Assembly (NCBI GenBank): GCA_964568715.1
Contig: CAZMQU010000001.1
Coordinates: forward strand, 143,287 to 207,286
Length of the DNA: 64,000 nucleotides
Direction: 5' to 3'
From: an uncultured Halanaerobiales bacterium
Lineage (GTDB): Bacteria; Bacillota; Halanaerobiia; B1SED10-174
The notes under the pieces were generated by a model, which did not search any database, had not been told where the DNA came from, and saw only the letters and a program-made list of their open reading frames with translations. The position numbers and the translations under genes were made by a program. Positions 1 to 9,767 of this stretch are shown in pieces. How positions within the stretch are numbered: position 1 is the first letter of the stretch; every line of letters starts with the position of its first letter.

Positions 1-594
1 GTGCTCGATATCGGCCAATTTTTGTAACAGCTGGATAAATAAAGCACAACCGATACGATCATCCCAAGCTTTCGCCATAAGATTTTCTTTGTTATTCAGA
101 ACTACAAATTCGCTGTAAGGCACTATTGGGTCGCCGGGCCTAATACCGGCTTGCATTGCTTCATCTTTATCTTTTGCACCTATGTCGATAAACATGTCTG
201 CAATATCAACCGGTTTTTTTCTTTCCTCCATACCCAAGATGTGGGGCGGTTTCGACCCGATGAGCCCCTCAACTACACCCTGCCTGCCAATTACATGGAC
301 CCTTTGACCCAGCATAACTTGATTCCACCAACCGCCCAAAGGAGTAAATGTAATAAAGCCCGTATCAGTTATACGCTTGACCATAAAGCCCACTTCATCC
401 ATATGGCCGCTGAGCATTATTTTAGGTCCGTCTTCTTGACCGGTTTTTTTGCAAATAATACTACCTAATTTATCACTGGAAAATTCAGCAAATCCCTCCA
501 GCTCTTTTCTGATAAATTTACTGACATTGTATTCAAAACCTGGAATACCCGGTAGATCCGTTATTTCTTTCAACAGTTTTAAAGTCTTATCCAT
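1..594 (-). CDS. M42 family glutamyl aminopeptidase (FrvX/YsdC-like); N-terminal part only, the gene runs off the window start
   Basis: Reverse-complement translation MDKTLKLLKEITDLPGIPGFEYNVSKFIRKELEGFAEFSSDKLGSIICKKTGQEDGPKIMLSGHMDEVGFMV... matches the M42 peptidase N-terminus; AAGGAGG lies 9 nt upstream of the ATG at 594. Confidence 0.75.
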   Translation of the reverse strand, partial: MDKTLKLLKEITDLPGIPGFEYNVSKFIRKELEGFAEFSSDKLGSIICKKTGQEDGPKIMLSGHMDEVGFMVKRITDTGFITFTPLGGWWNQVMLGQRVHVIGRQGVVEGLIGSKPPHILGMEERKKPVDIADMFIDIGAKDKDEAMQAGIRPGDPIVPYSEFVVLNNKENLMAKAWDDRIGCALFIQLLQKLADIEH

Positions 595-611
595 CTTTTT
601 AATTTCCTCCT

Positions 612-1628
612 TTAAAAATCAACCCTTAGCCCTATAGTTGCGCTTACATTGTTAAATCTAAAACTATCGGTTCCTAGACCCAAGTCAGCTTTTACCGGTC
701 CCAAATTTAAGCCTAACCCACCGGTGTATAATCTCGGTTGGTCAGCTTCTTGGGCCAAGCCGGCTCGGATAGCCAAAGCACCCAAGAGAAACTTTTTTTC
801 CATGCCCAGCCGGAAATTGGAACCGGTTGCGTTAGGTACATTGCTGATATCAGCAACTGCCAACAAATCAATTAAAGGTATTTTTATGGCAGCTCCGGCG
901 GTATATATACGGGGCAAGCTTTCCTTTTCGGAATCATCCCATTTATATAAGCTGAGAATGTTATCTACTTTCAGGCCTAAATTAATGAAATCCGATAACT
1001 TCAGCATGACGCCCAAATCGGCACCAAGCCCTTTACCGGCACATTTGTCAACAAGGGTCACCACATTATCATTACCAATACTAAAATAAGAGTTAAAACC
1101 TTGCAAAAATTTCACACTTAAGCCCAGCGATAATGAACCGATATCGGCAAAAGGTTCAACAATTGAATATCCGTAAGATAAATTATAGCTCGTTTCTTTA
1201 TGCATAGTCACGGATTCTTCCGGTATCAATATGGTTCCAAGTCCGCTTTGGCCGACACCAAAACCAAAATTCCCAAAACGAAGGCCGGCTGAGCCACCAT
1301 ATCTGCCAATAAAAAGCTCGGTTTCAGCGGCCAAATTTGTCAAGACATTTTGCCAATCATCATTTATAACTGCTAAAACAAAATTTTCAATTGAATCAAC
1401 GCTATCGGTTTGTAAGCCCCCCGTAGCACCCATACTGAAACCAATAAACTTTTTGTGGGCAAGGCCGGCCGGATTATAGAAAATTGCCGTATGATCATCA
1501 GCTAGTCCAACATAAGCCCCACCCATGGAAAAGGCTCTGGCGTTATAAAAACTCTGGCCATTAATCGTATTTGTGGTTAAAAACAATGCCACAAAACAGA
1601 CAAATAAAGTTATTGTTATTTTTTTCAT
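612..1628 (-). CDS. Secreted FadL/TodX-like outer-membrane beta-barrel protein (signal peptide, C-terminal Phe)
   Basis: N-terminal signal peptide MKKITITLFVCFVALFLTTNTING; motif FYNPAGLA; alternating amphipathic beta-strand pattern; ends ...GLRVDF (OMP C-terminal aromatic signature); GAGGTGA RBS before the ATG at 1628. Confidence 0.55.
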   Translation of the reverse strand: MKKITITLFVCFVALFLTTNTINGQSFYNARAFSMGGAYVGLADDHTAIFYNPAGLAHKKFIGFSMGATGGLQTDSVDSIENFVLAVINDDWQNVLTNLAAETELFIGRYGGSAGLRFGNFGFGVGQSGLGTILIPEESVTMHKETSYNLSYGYSIVEPFADIGSLSLGLSVKFLQGFNSYFSIGNDNVVTLVDKCAGKGLGADLGVMLKLSDFINLGLKVDNILSLYKWDDSEKESLPRIYTAGAAIKIPLIDLLAVADISNVPNATGSNFRLGMEKKFLLGALAIRAGLAQEADQPRLYTGGLGLNLGPVKADLGLGTDSFRFNNVSATIGLRVDF

Positions 1629-1698
1629 TATTTCTTCACCTCTTCTCATTTGAACTGAGTAATATGAATAAATTCCATATTGTTTTGTTTTTCCCTCT

Positions 1699-1731
1699 AA
1701 ATAAAAGTAGAAAGGATTTAACCTTTCTACT
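1699..1731 (-). terminator. Rho-independent terminator downstream of hup
   Basis: Inverted repeat AGTAGAAAGG / CCTTTCTACT followed by a U-run on the minus-strand RNA. Confidence 0.6.
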
Positions 1732-1765
1732 TTCGTTGTACTAGAAAATTATTAAAGCTAAATTC

Positions 1766-2065
1766 TTATTTGTCGACTGCTTCTCTAAATGCTTTACCTG
1801 GTTTAAAGCTGGGTACTTTTTTAGCAGGAATATCGATGGGGGCCTTTGTTCTTGGGTTCAAACCTTTTCTGGCACTCCTATCTCTTACCTCAAAGCTGCC
1901 AAAACCAATAATTTGTACCTTTGCTCGATTTTTAGGTGCTTTCTTAGCCTCGCTGGCAAGAAACTCAGTAATGGTATCAAATATGACGTTGACAACTTCA
2001 CCTGCATCTTTTTTAGTCATTTTTACTTTTTCTGCTACCTTATCAATTAAATCTGTTTTTGTCAA
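1766..2065 (-). CDS. hup: DNA-binding protein HU
   Basis: MTKTDLIDKVAEKVKMTKKDAGEVVNVIFDTIT...KVQIIGFGSFEVRDRSARKGLNPRTKAPIDIPAKKVPSFKPGKAF has typical HU motifs; TTG start with GGAGGTG RBS. Confidence 0.85.
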   Translation of the reverse strand: MTKTDLIDKVAEKVKMTKKDAGEVVNVIFDTITEFLASEAKKAPKNRAKVQIIGFGSFEVRDRSARKGLNPRTKAPIDIPAKKVPSFKPGKAFREAVDK

Positions 2066-2221
2066 GAAGTTTCACCTCCTCCAATTCTTACATGCCCACA
2101 CCTTAAAATTCGTTATACCTCAATAAACTCCTGCATTATCACGATAATATTTGCATCTGTTGTTAATAATTTTATTTATTTGAGCCAAACAGTAAAGATA
2201 TAGCAATAACCTACCCTAATA

Positions 2222-2260
2222 ATGGTAAAAGGGGCTCGAGTTATCAGGCTCGAGCCCCTT
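2222..2260 (-). terminator. Rho-independent terminator of spoIVA
   Basis: AAGGGGCTCGAG ... CTCGAGCCCCTT perfect hairpin followed by Us on the minus-strand transcript. Confidence 0.75.
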
Positions 2261-2268
2261 GCAATCCC

Positions 2269-3747
2269 TTAAAGTATTATACAAATCAGGCCTCCACTGC
2301 CTTCATTGATAATCTTCTGTAACGTTTCCTGCATTTTTTCCTGAACATTTTCAGGAAGCCGATAAATTTTACTTTTTATACTGTCTCCTACCAAATCATG
2401 CAAGGAACGTCCTAAAAATCCCGATTCCCATATCGCTGCCGGATCATCTTCAAATTCTTGCACCAAATGGTTCAATAGTTCTTCGCTTTGTTTCTCGGTA
2501 CCAACTACCGGAGATACCTCAGCTGATATATCGGCACGCAATAAATGGATTGAAGGTGCTGAAGCCTTAAGTTTTACGCCAAATTGGTTTCCCTTTTTAA
2601 ATAGTTGCGGCTCTTCAAAATACATGTCTTCCAATCTGGGCGATACAATACCATAACCTTTTTCCCTAACATTCTGCAAAGCTGTTGCAATTAAATCGTA
2701 CTCTTTTTTTGCTATGCTTAAATCACGAACCAACCTAAACAAGTTTAACTCGTTTTGAATATCCAAACCGGTAAACTCCTCCATAACCTCATAGAAAAGA
2801 GTTTCCTGCAAACCAATGTTAATCGTTGCATAACCTTTACCCAGATCAACTTCCTTTAAATGCACTTCTTGAGTATGCTCATTTTCCGACAGCAAATCAA
2901 CAAAGTTGTAAATATCACGTACCTTATAAACATCTTGTGCAGCCTTCGGTATGGACTTGCTGTACTCTTGCGCCAACCAATGATCTTCTTCCAACTCATC
3001 CATCCATAAGGGAAGATTGACCATCATTTCCCTTACGGGGAATTCATATAAAATCTCCTGCAGTAGCAAGGTTATATCTTGCCGATCCAAATTCAAACAA
3101 TCAACAGGTATAACCGGAACTGCATACAATTCCATCAAGCTATTTGCCAACTCAACGGTTTCTTTGGCCTCCGGCTGCGTAGAATTGAGAGCTATTAAAA
3201 AAGGTTTGCCTATCTCTTTCAATTCATTTATTACTTTTTCCTCCGGAAGCAAATAATTTTCACGCGGAATCTCCGTGATTGTACCATCGGTTATAACTAC
3301 CAGGCCAATTGTCGAATGTTCTTTTATTACTTTCTCGGTACCCAATTCCGCCGCTTCCTGAAATGGAATTTCATGGTCGTACCACGGTGTCAAGACCATC
3401 CTTGGACCCTCATCATCCTCGTAACCCAAAGCTTCCTCCACCGTATAGCCAACACAATCGACCAGACGCACCTGTAAATCGATTCCCTCCGCTACAGAAA
3501 TACGAGTTCCTTCATCGGGAACAAATTTCGGTTCTGTAGTCATAATTGTCTTACCACCGCCGCATTGAGGCAGTTCATCTTTGACTCTTTGGGAAACGTG
3601 TTTATTTTCTATGTTGGGGAGAACAAGTAATTCCATAAATTTTTTTATGAAAGTAGACTTTCCGGTTCGTACAGGACCCACTACGCCAATATAGATATCA
3701 CCGCCGGTTCTTTCAGCTATATCATTATAAATATTAAATACTTCCAA
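2269..3747 (-). CDS. spoIVA: Stage IV sporulation protein A (spore coat morphogenetic ATPase)
   Basis: 492 aa; N-terminus IAERTGGDIYIGVVGPVRTGKSTFIKKFMELLVLPNI has the Walker A motif; spoIVA-hup adjacency as in B. subtilis. Confidence 0.9.
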   Translation of the reverse strand: MEVFNIYNDIAERTGGDIYIGVVGPVRTGKSTFIKKFMELLVLPNIENKHVSQRVKDELPQCGGGKTIMTTEPKFVPDEGTRISVAEGIDLQVRLVDCVGYTVEEALGYEDDEGPRMVLTPWYDHEIPFQEAAELGTEKVIKEHSTIGLVVITDGTITEIPRENYLLPEEKVINELKEIGKPFLIALNSTQPEAKETVELANSLMELYAVPVIPVDCLNLDRQDITLLLQEILYEFPVREMMVNLPLWMDELEEDHWLAQEYSKSIPKAAQDVYKVRDIYNFVDLLSENEHTQEVHLKEVDLGKGYATINIGLQETLFYEVMEEFTGLDIQNELNLFRLVRDLSIAKKEYDLIATALQNVREKGYGIVSPRLEDMYFEEPQLFKKGNQFGVKLKASAPSIHLLRADISAEVSPVVGTEKQSEELLNHLVQEFEDDPAAIWESGFLGRSLHDLVGDSIKSKIYRLPENVQEKMQETLQKIINEGSGGLICIIL

Positions 3748-3851
3748 CTCTTTCCCCCCTTCCCATTTTATTCATTAGCTTGGCATCAATATATATATAT
3801 GAAAAGGGGGTAGATTTATGCTCCTCTTAAGGAATAATTGCCACCACTTTT

Positions 3852-4862
3852 TTAAAGATCTTCCATTTCATTTTTTAAGGAACGACCCATCAGCTTGTTT
3901 ACTGCCTCTTTCGGGTCCAATCCTTTAAAAAGCACTTCGTAAACTTTTTTTGTCAAGGGCATGTCAACTCCACATTCGAGGCTCAGACTGTAGATTGCAT
4001 CAGTAGTCGGTATACCTTCCACCACTTGATCCACTTCCTTTATAGCCGAGGCCATGTCCATTCCGCCACCGATTTTATTACCGAATCGCCAGTTCCGTGA
4101 ATATTTGCTTGCACAGGTTACAAATAAATCACCCAAGCCTGATAAGCCTGAAAAAGTCTGCAATTGCGCACCCAAAGAAGTACCTAATCTTATCATCTCT
4201 TGTAATCCTCTTGTAACCAGTGCCGCCTTGGAATTATCACCATAGCCCATTCCATCCGAAATACCGGCGGCAATGGCAATAATATTCTTAACGGCCCCAC
4301 CCAGTTCAACTCCAATGATGTCATTATGGGTATAAATGCGAAATGAAGGAGAATTGAATAGTTGTTGTACAGTCGTAATATTGTTTTCGTCGATACCGGC
4401 AATAACTGCTGCAGAAGGCAATTCCCGGCTGACTTCCTCAGCATGGGTGGGTCCGGATAATACCGTAATATTTGACTTATAACCAACACCGAAGGTATTA
4501 ATTAAAACCTCCGAAAGCCGTAAATGGCTTTTGCTTTCTAAACCTTTACTGCAATTTATAAATATCATATTAGTATTGATAAAGGGCAATACTGCCTGCG
4601 CTAGATTGCGAACATGGCTGGAAGGTACGGCAACAATTACAAAACGGGCACCTTCCATTGCCACGTCTAAATCGGTAAAGCCGGTTATATTTTGAGGAAT
4701 GGTGATTCCCGGTAAATACCTTGAATTGCTTCTGTGGATGTTGATTTCATTGATTTGTTGCTCCCCTACATCATAAATGGAAACCGGATTCCCCAGGCCG
4801 GCCAGGTGGACCCCCAAAGCCGTTCCCCAGCTTCCACCACCCAAAACAACTACTTTGTTCAT
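3852..4862 (-). CDS. gpsA: NAD(P)H-dependent glycerol-3-phosphate dehydrogenase
   Basis: MNKVVVLGGGSWGTALGVHLA...; conserved position downstream of der. Confidence 0.9.
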   Translation of the reverse strand: MNKVVVLGGGSWGTALGVHLAGLGNPVSIYDVGEQQINEINIHRSNSRYLPGITIPQNITGFTDLDVAMEGARFVIVAVPSSHVRNLAQAVLPFINTNMIFINCSKGLESKSHLRLSEVLINTFGVGYKSNITVLSGPTHAEEVSRELPSAAVIAGIDENNITTVQQLFNSPSFRIYTHNDIIGVELGGAVKNIIAIAAGISDGMGYGDNSKAALVTRGLQEMIRLGTSLGAQLQTFSGLSGLGDLFVTCASKYSRNWRFGNKIGGGMDMASAIKEVDQVVEGIPTTDAIYSLSLECGVDMPLTKKVYEVLFKGLDPKEAVNKLMGRSLKNEMEDL

Positions 4863-6169
4863 TAATTAAATTCTCCTTTCTGGCGCAATTTAAGCCATAT
4901 TGGGCTTCCATAAAAGTTAAAAGCATTGCGTAATTGATTTTCCAAGAATCGAATATACGAAAAGTGGGCCAATTTCTTATCATTGACAAATAATATTATG
5001 GTCGGAGGTGCTACCGCAACTTGGGTTGCAAAATATATTTTTAACACCTTTCCCCTATGGCTGGGGGGAGGAGTTATTGTTACCGCTTCTTGCAACACTT
5101 CGTTAAGAATGCCGGTTTTTATCCTTTTCCTCCATTCCTCTTCCACAATTTTAACCGTCTCCAAAAGAGGATTAATCCCCCAACGTTTTGTAGCAGATAA
5201 AAACACGAGGGGTGCATAATTTAAAAAAGGGACCTCCCTGAAAAAATTGTCATTGAATTCTTCTCGGCTTATATTGGAAAGATCCCATTTGTTTACACCG
5301 ATAATTATCCCCTTACCACCCTCATGGGCAAGGCCGGCGATCTTTTTATCTTGCTCGACCAAGCCGCTTTGGGCATCAAGCAAAATAATTACAACTTCAG
5401 CTCTTTCAATTGCCCGGTGGGCTCGCAATGAGCTGTATTTTTCAATGCCTTTTATTTTACCCGGTCGGCGTAAACCTGCTGTGTCAATAATAGTAAAGTC
5501 GGTTCCTTCCCAGGTGAATTTACTGTCAATAGCATCCCTGGTAGTGCCCGGTTGATCATCTACTATTGCCCTTTCTTCACCGATTATTGCATTGACCAGA
5601 GAAGATTTGCCCACATTGGGCCGACCGATGACGGCCATCTTTAATGAGGTATCTTCTTCTAACGAACCGGGTTCAGCCATAATATTTACAATCGAATCAA
5701 GTAAATCCCCCGTTCCCAAACCATGTTCAGCGGAGACAGGCAGTAATTCTTCAAAACCCAAAGAAGAAAAATCCCAGATATTCTTCTCCTGGCCGAGAAA
5801 ATCATCGATTTTATTGACTACTAAAAATACCCTTTTGTTCTTTTTTCTTACCATGTCGGCAATTGAACTATCTGCCGGTAAGGGACCGATTTGTCCATCA
5901 ACAACAAAAAGAACTACATCGGCTTCTTCCAAGGCCATAGCAACTTGATTACAGACAGCTTTTTCGATGGAGGTTGCGGGATCATCAATCAAACCCCCGG
6001 TATCGACCAAAGTAAAATGCTTGCCTCCCCACTCAACTTCTCCATAGAGCCTATCTCTCGTCAAACCTGCCACATTGTCGACTATAGCTTGCCGTCTGCC
6101 CACCAATCGGTTGAAAAGAGTGGATTTCCCGACATTGGGACGGCCGATAATTGTTACAATTGGTTTCAT
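4862..6169 (-). CDS. der: Ribosome biogenesis GTPase Der (EngA), tandem GTPase domains
   Basis: MKPIVTIIGRPNVGKSTLFNRL... with a second G domain VIGRPNVGKSSLVNAI; AGGAGG RBS 7 nt before the ATG at 6169. Confidence 0.92.
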   Translation of the reverse strand: MKPIVTIIGRPNVGKSTLFNRLVGRRQAIVDNVAGLTRDRLYGEVEWGGKHFTLVDTGGLIDDPATSIEKAVCNQVAMALEEADVVLFVVDGQIGPLPADSSIADMVRKKNKRVFLVVNKIDDFLGQEKNIWDFSSLGFEELLPVSAEHGLGTGDLLDSIVNIMAEPGSLEEDTSLKMAVIGRPNVGKSSLVNAIIGEERAIVDDQPGTTRDAIDSKFTWEGTDFTIIDTAGLRRPGKIKGIEKYSSLRAHRAIERAEVVIILLDAQSGLVEQDKKIAGLAHEGGKGIIIGVNKWDLSNISREEFNDNFFREVPFLNYAPLVFLSATKRWGINPLLETVKIVEEEWRKRIKTGILNEVLQEAVTITPPPSHRGKVLKIYFATQVAVAPPTIILFVNDKKLAHFSYIRFLENQLRNAFNFYGSPIWLKLRQKGEFN

Positions 6170-7476
6170 TGCCAATCCTCCTTGCAAAGATAGCCTAATA
6201 TACCGGCAATGTTGTCAACCGGAATAATTCTAGTGTTCGGAAATTTTTCTTGGAAATCTACAATTGAATAATCATCCAAAGTTTTTCCTTCTTCATTAAA
6301 AATGATAGTCGGGATGAAGAGCGTTTCCGGTATTTCTTCAGTATCTAAGGCTGTAAAAATGTCTTTTGCCGCCAATAAACCGGTTACGGTAACACTGGAA
6401 CCGTAATATGTATTCTTAATCACCAGCAAATTTACCTTTACACCGGTTGCTTTTTGAAACTGTTCAGATATCGGTTTTAATGCCCACTCACCCATTACAC
6501 CGGTAATAATTCCGATGCTTTGTACCAAGGGCTTTCCTTTTTTGACATATGACTTTAAAGTCGTTTCTGCCTGATCTCTTTGATTTCTTACCAAACCGAT
6601 ACCGTTTTCAATCATTGGGTAGTCTTCATAATAATCGGCGGTCGGAACAGGACAGTCTGTCAACCAAAAAAATTCATCGGAAGCATAGATTATTCTTTGA
6701 TCCCGCTCCGCGAGAAAATGGCTTTGCCATTTGTCAACCGATGTTATTATGCTTTCAGCCAAGTCTCGGGTAACAGGCTCCAAATCTACCAACCCTTGGC
6801 GATAATCGGTCAAGCCCACCGGTACCACCCCGATGGAAAGTACATTCTCGCCCAAAGACGAGAGGTCTTCCAGTGTATTTTCAAGCTCTATACCATCGTT
6901 GTAACCGGGGCATATTACAATTTGAATATGGAAAAAAATACCCGCAGCGGCCAGCTCTCGCAATTGCTTTAGAATATTTGCTGCCTTATGATTGCGCATC
7001 ATTTTAGCACGTAAAGGTCCGTTGGTTGTGTGGACTGAAATAAATAAGGGGCTAATCGCCAATAGCTTTATCCTTTTGAGATCAGCCTCCGTCAAATTCG
7101 ACAAAGTTATGAAACTGCCTTGTAGAAAAGAAAACCTGTAATCATCATCTCTTAAACACAAGCTCGGGCGACTTTCCGGGTGCCCTTGGTCCACAAAACA
7201 GAAGATGCAGTCATTGTGGCAAAGCTTCAGGCGATCATAAATAATGCCTTGCAGGGAAAGACCTAAACTTTGACAACCTTTGTCGATAAGAACAGTTTCC
7301 TCTTTGTCTGTATTCTTTTTTTTTACCGTTACAAGAAATGAGTCATCAGCAGTAAAAAGCAGCCAATCAAGATAGTCTTTTATTGGCCGGCCTTGAACTT
7401 TTTTTATTACATCACCGGCTCGCAAACCGGCGTTATATGCAGGACTGCCAGGGCATACAACACGTATAATGGCCAT
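6166..7476 (-). CDS. PDZ domain / DUF512 family protein conserved upstream of der in Firmicutes
   Basis: N-terminal PDZ-like region GSPAYNAGLRAGDVIKKVQGRPIKDY; 436 aa; start overlaps der (ATGA). Confidence 0.6.
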   Translation of the reverse strand: MAIIRVVCPGSPAYNAGLRAGDVIKKVQGRPIKDYLDWLLFTADDSFLVTVKKKNTDKEETVLIDKGCQSLGLSLQGIIYDRLKLCHNDCIFCFVDQGHPESRPSLCLRDDDYRFSFLQGSFITLSNLTEADLKRIKLLAISPLFISVHTTNGPLRAKMMRNHKAANILKQLRELAAAGIFFHIQIVICPGYNDGIELENTLEDLSSLGENVLSIGVVPVGLTDYRQGLVDLEPVTRDLAESIITSVDKWQSHFLAERDQRIIYASDEFFWLTDCPVPTADYYEDYPMIENGIGLVRNQRDQAETTLKSYVKKGKPLVQSIGIITGVMGEWALKPISEQFQKATGVKVNLLVIKNTYYGSSVTVTGLLAAKDIFTALDTEEIPETLFIPTIIFNEEGKTLDDYSIVDFQEKFPNTRIIPVDNIAGILGYLCKEDWQ

Positions 7477-7539
7477 TTTTTACCCCCTAGTGTCTTTGCA
7501 TACAATTATCTATTATTGTAGTCCAATAGTCAAGCATTG

Positions 7540-7737
7540 TTAATGGCGAACGATTATATATATGCCGTTTTTAAGATCATGGACCATCCCCGCTAATATA
7601 CGGGCTAAAAGAACAGCAACCTCCTCAACTTCTTCTTTGTCGGCCAATAAAAATGTCGGAACACCGCTTTTAATCTTTCGTTCTGATTCTTGACAAGTTA
7701 CAATCGCTAAGATTTGACCGGCAGTATTGGTTCCCAT
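7540..7737 (-). CDS. Hypothetical small protein (65 aa)
   Basis: ORF only, wedged between the DUF512 gene and the YIEGIA gene; no recognisable motif. Confidence 0.35.
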   Translation of the reverse strand: MGTNTAGQILAIVTCQESERKIKSGVPTFLLADKEEVEEVAVLLARILAGMVHDLKNGIYIIVRH

Positions 7738-7749
7738 TGTATCTCTCCT

Positions 7750-8643
7750 TTAATCAGCGGCTACTCTGCCCGCTGTACTCTTTAGCGGTTTTTTTGAAGC
7801 TGTCTCAATTAAAGGTGTGTCTTCTATAGCTTTTATAAGCGGTCCTGCGTCGGGCTCATTGGGAACGACAAGCATCAATAGGCGTCCCGTTGCCAATTCT
7901 ACCCGAATCATCGGCTGAAAATGCTGTATTCCCACATCGACCTTGGCACCAAGCTGGGAGGAAACATCGTGTAAAATTGCCTGCCTTTGCCCTTTATTAC
8001 TCAGCGTTATCCGGGCATTGTCATCTTTGGGTTCAATTGAAAAAGCCAAGCCGGATGTTTTCCATATTTCCAAGGCTTCCGGCTCGCCGATATTCATAAT
8101 TATTTCTTTGCCGATGCCGATGTTGGGTCCCTCGAATATTATGTTGTCTTTACGAACTACTGCTATATCCCCGACTTTTTCACCAACGACAATCCTATTG
8201 GCAACATAAATTGCAATAAGACCTATCGGTATAGTTGGAATCGATCCGGTTAAAAATGTTGAAGCCGTAATTACTAAAGCAATTGACATGGCCAAGTAGT
8301 TACGGGCTTCGAATAATTTGGCTATTCCCTCAATATAGCCAGACCCTCTGGGTATTAACTCGGTATTTTCAATTATCTGCAAACTTTCTCTTTCAACCTT
8401 GCGTATTTCTCTAAATTGTTGGGCAGCCAAGGACAGAAATGTTACCGCTACGAAATCTTTGGCCAAAAGCGCCGGCAAGAAAAGAGCCCCTAAGGCGGCT
8501 GCAATCAACCCAAAAGTCAAATGGGTGACATAGCCGTGAGGATAACTCGGATATTGACGATAATCAACTTTCAACATATAAAATCGCCCCAGAAATCCGA
8601 ACAATATCCCCATAACAATTGCAACAAAGGGATCCCCTTTCAT
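7750..8643 (-). CDS. YIEGIA family membrane protein (sporulation-associated)
   Basis: Contains the literal RGSGYIEGIAKLFEA motif; N-terminal transmembrane segments. Confidence 0.85.
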   Translation of the reverse strand: MKGDPFVAIVMGILFGFLGRFYMLKVDYRQYPSYPHGYVTHLTFGLIAAALGALFLPALLAKDFVAVTFLSLAAQQFREIRKVERESLQIIENTELIPRGSGYIEGIAKLFEARNYLAMSIALVITASTFLTGSIPTIPIGLIAIYVANRIVVGEKVGDIAVVRKDNIIFEGPNIGIGKEIIMNIGEPEALEIWKTSGLAFSIEPKDDNARITLSNKGQRQAILHDVSSQLGAKVDVGIQHFQPMIRVELATGRLLMLVVPNEPDAGPLIKAIEDTPLIETASKKPLKSTAGRVAAD

Positions 8644-9767
8644 CGTTTATCTTGATTGGACCTGCTGAAATCTTTAAATGTTGCCAAGACATCTTTGAAT
8701 TCAACCGTAAAAAAATGTTCCAGTTTTTCTTTAACCCCGTGCCAATTGCCCTCTTTAACGTATAGGTAGAGAAGAATACCACCTGAAAACACCAAGAGGG
8801 TCGTGACAATGTTTTTAATTATACTTTTGAACAAGGACCACCTGGTCCGAGGGGCGTCCTTTCCATAAAGTACATTATTTACTATAGTTGCCAAATGGGC
8901 TGTACTGGCGATAGCTTCCTCTTTTGTAGTAACATGGGTACCCATTTCAAACAACAAGGCCTGGGGAGATAAATCTTGATTGTATTTACCGTTGGCATAA
9001 AATATGCCCTTAATCAAACCGGGAAACTGTGAATCGCCCGATGCCTTTATTCGTCTGGCCAGTTGATCATTGAGGTTCATGTTGGGATTTTGTCTGCCAA
9101 CCACCAAGCGTATTTGGCTGATAACTTGGCCGCCAACCATTGCAATGTATTCTTCCCGGCGGGGTACTCCGTCCCGGTGGACATCAAATATAGCATCGGC
9201 TCCTTCCCTTATAAACTTCACGGCCGTTGTGCGGGAACGATCGTAGGCAGCTGCATCGTGGGGCAAGTGATTTTCCCAGGACTGCAAAGCATTTATACCT
9301 TTGGCTTGCAATTCTTTTACAAAAGCCGCACCAACTTTATATATGTCACCAAAACCTTCCTTGATTACCTCCCCCGGAAAATAACCTTCACCGGTATGGG
9401 TATGATAGATACCGATTTGTTTTGTTTTTTTTGTCAGGGTAGTTGCGACTTTCGCATCAGCGAATCCGTTTTCTTCATTCCAGCTGGCTTCCGACAAAAG
9501 ATCAACTATACCGAGAAATTCGGCAATTCCTTTTTGTCCATCAACTTCGATAATCAAATATTCACGGTTCAGTTCATTTATATATCTATCACCGACGCTT
9601 ATGCCGATTGTTGTACTGAAAATATAAGAGCCGTTTTTATCGTAAACGGAATATACCTTGGACATTTCCCCGCTGTGGACAACCGGCTGGAAAATTAACA
9701 AAAGCAATAATGCCGCCATAATCATGGCTGATCTATTTTTCATCCTCTCCGGCACCATTCCTTTCAT
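8640..9767 (-). CDS. spoIIP: Stage II sporulation protein P (engulfment peptidoglycan hydrolase); start uncertain (9743 or 9767)
   Basis: IGIYHTHTGEGYFPGE motif and length typical of the SpoIIP family; N-terminal signal/anchor. Confidence 0.8.
   Translation of the reverse strand: MKGMVPERMKNRSAMIMAALLLLLIFQPVVHSGEMSKVYSVYDKNGSYIFSTTIGISVGDRYINELNREYLIIEVDGQKGIAEFLGIVDLLSEASWNEENGFADAKVATTLTKKTKQIGIYHTHTGEGYFPGEVIKEGFGDIYKVGAAFVKELQAKGINALQSWENHLPHDAAAYDRSRTTAVKFIREGADAIFDVHRDGVPRREEYIAMVGGQVISQIRLVVGRQNPNMNLNDQLARRIKASGDSQFPGLIKGIFYANGKYNQDLSPQALLFEMGTHVTTKEEAIASTAHLATIVNNVLYGKDAPRTRWSLFKSIIKNIVTTLLVFSGGILLYLYVKEGNWHGVKEKLEHFFTVEFKDVLATFKDFSRSNQDKR

Noticed and set aside
649-1089. 146-aa plus-strand ORF
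   Set aside because: Entirely antisense to the well-supported beta-barrel gene; Pro/Lys-rich low-complexity translation typical of a shadow ORF.
9063-9698. 211-aa plus-strand ORF
   Set aside because: Antisense to spoIIP, which has clear family motifs; no RBS and a Cys/Phe-rich implausible composition.
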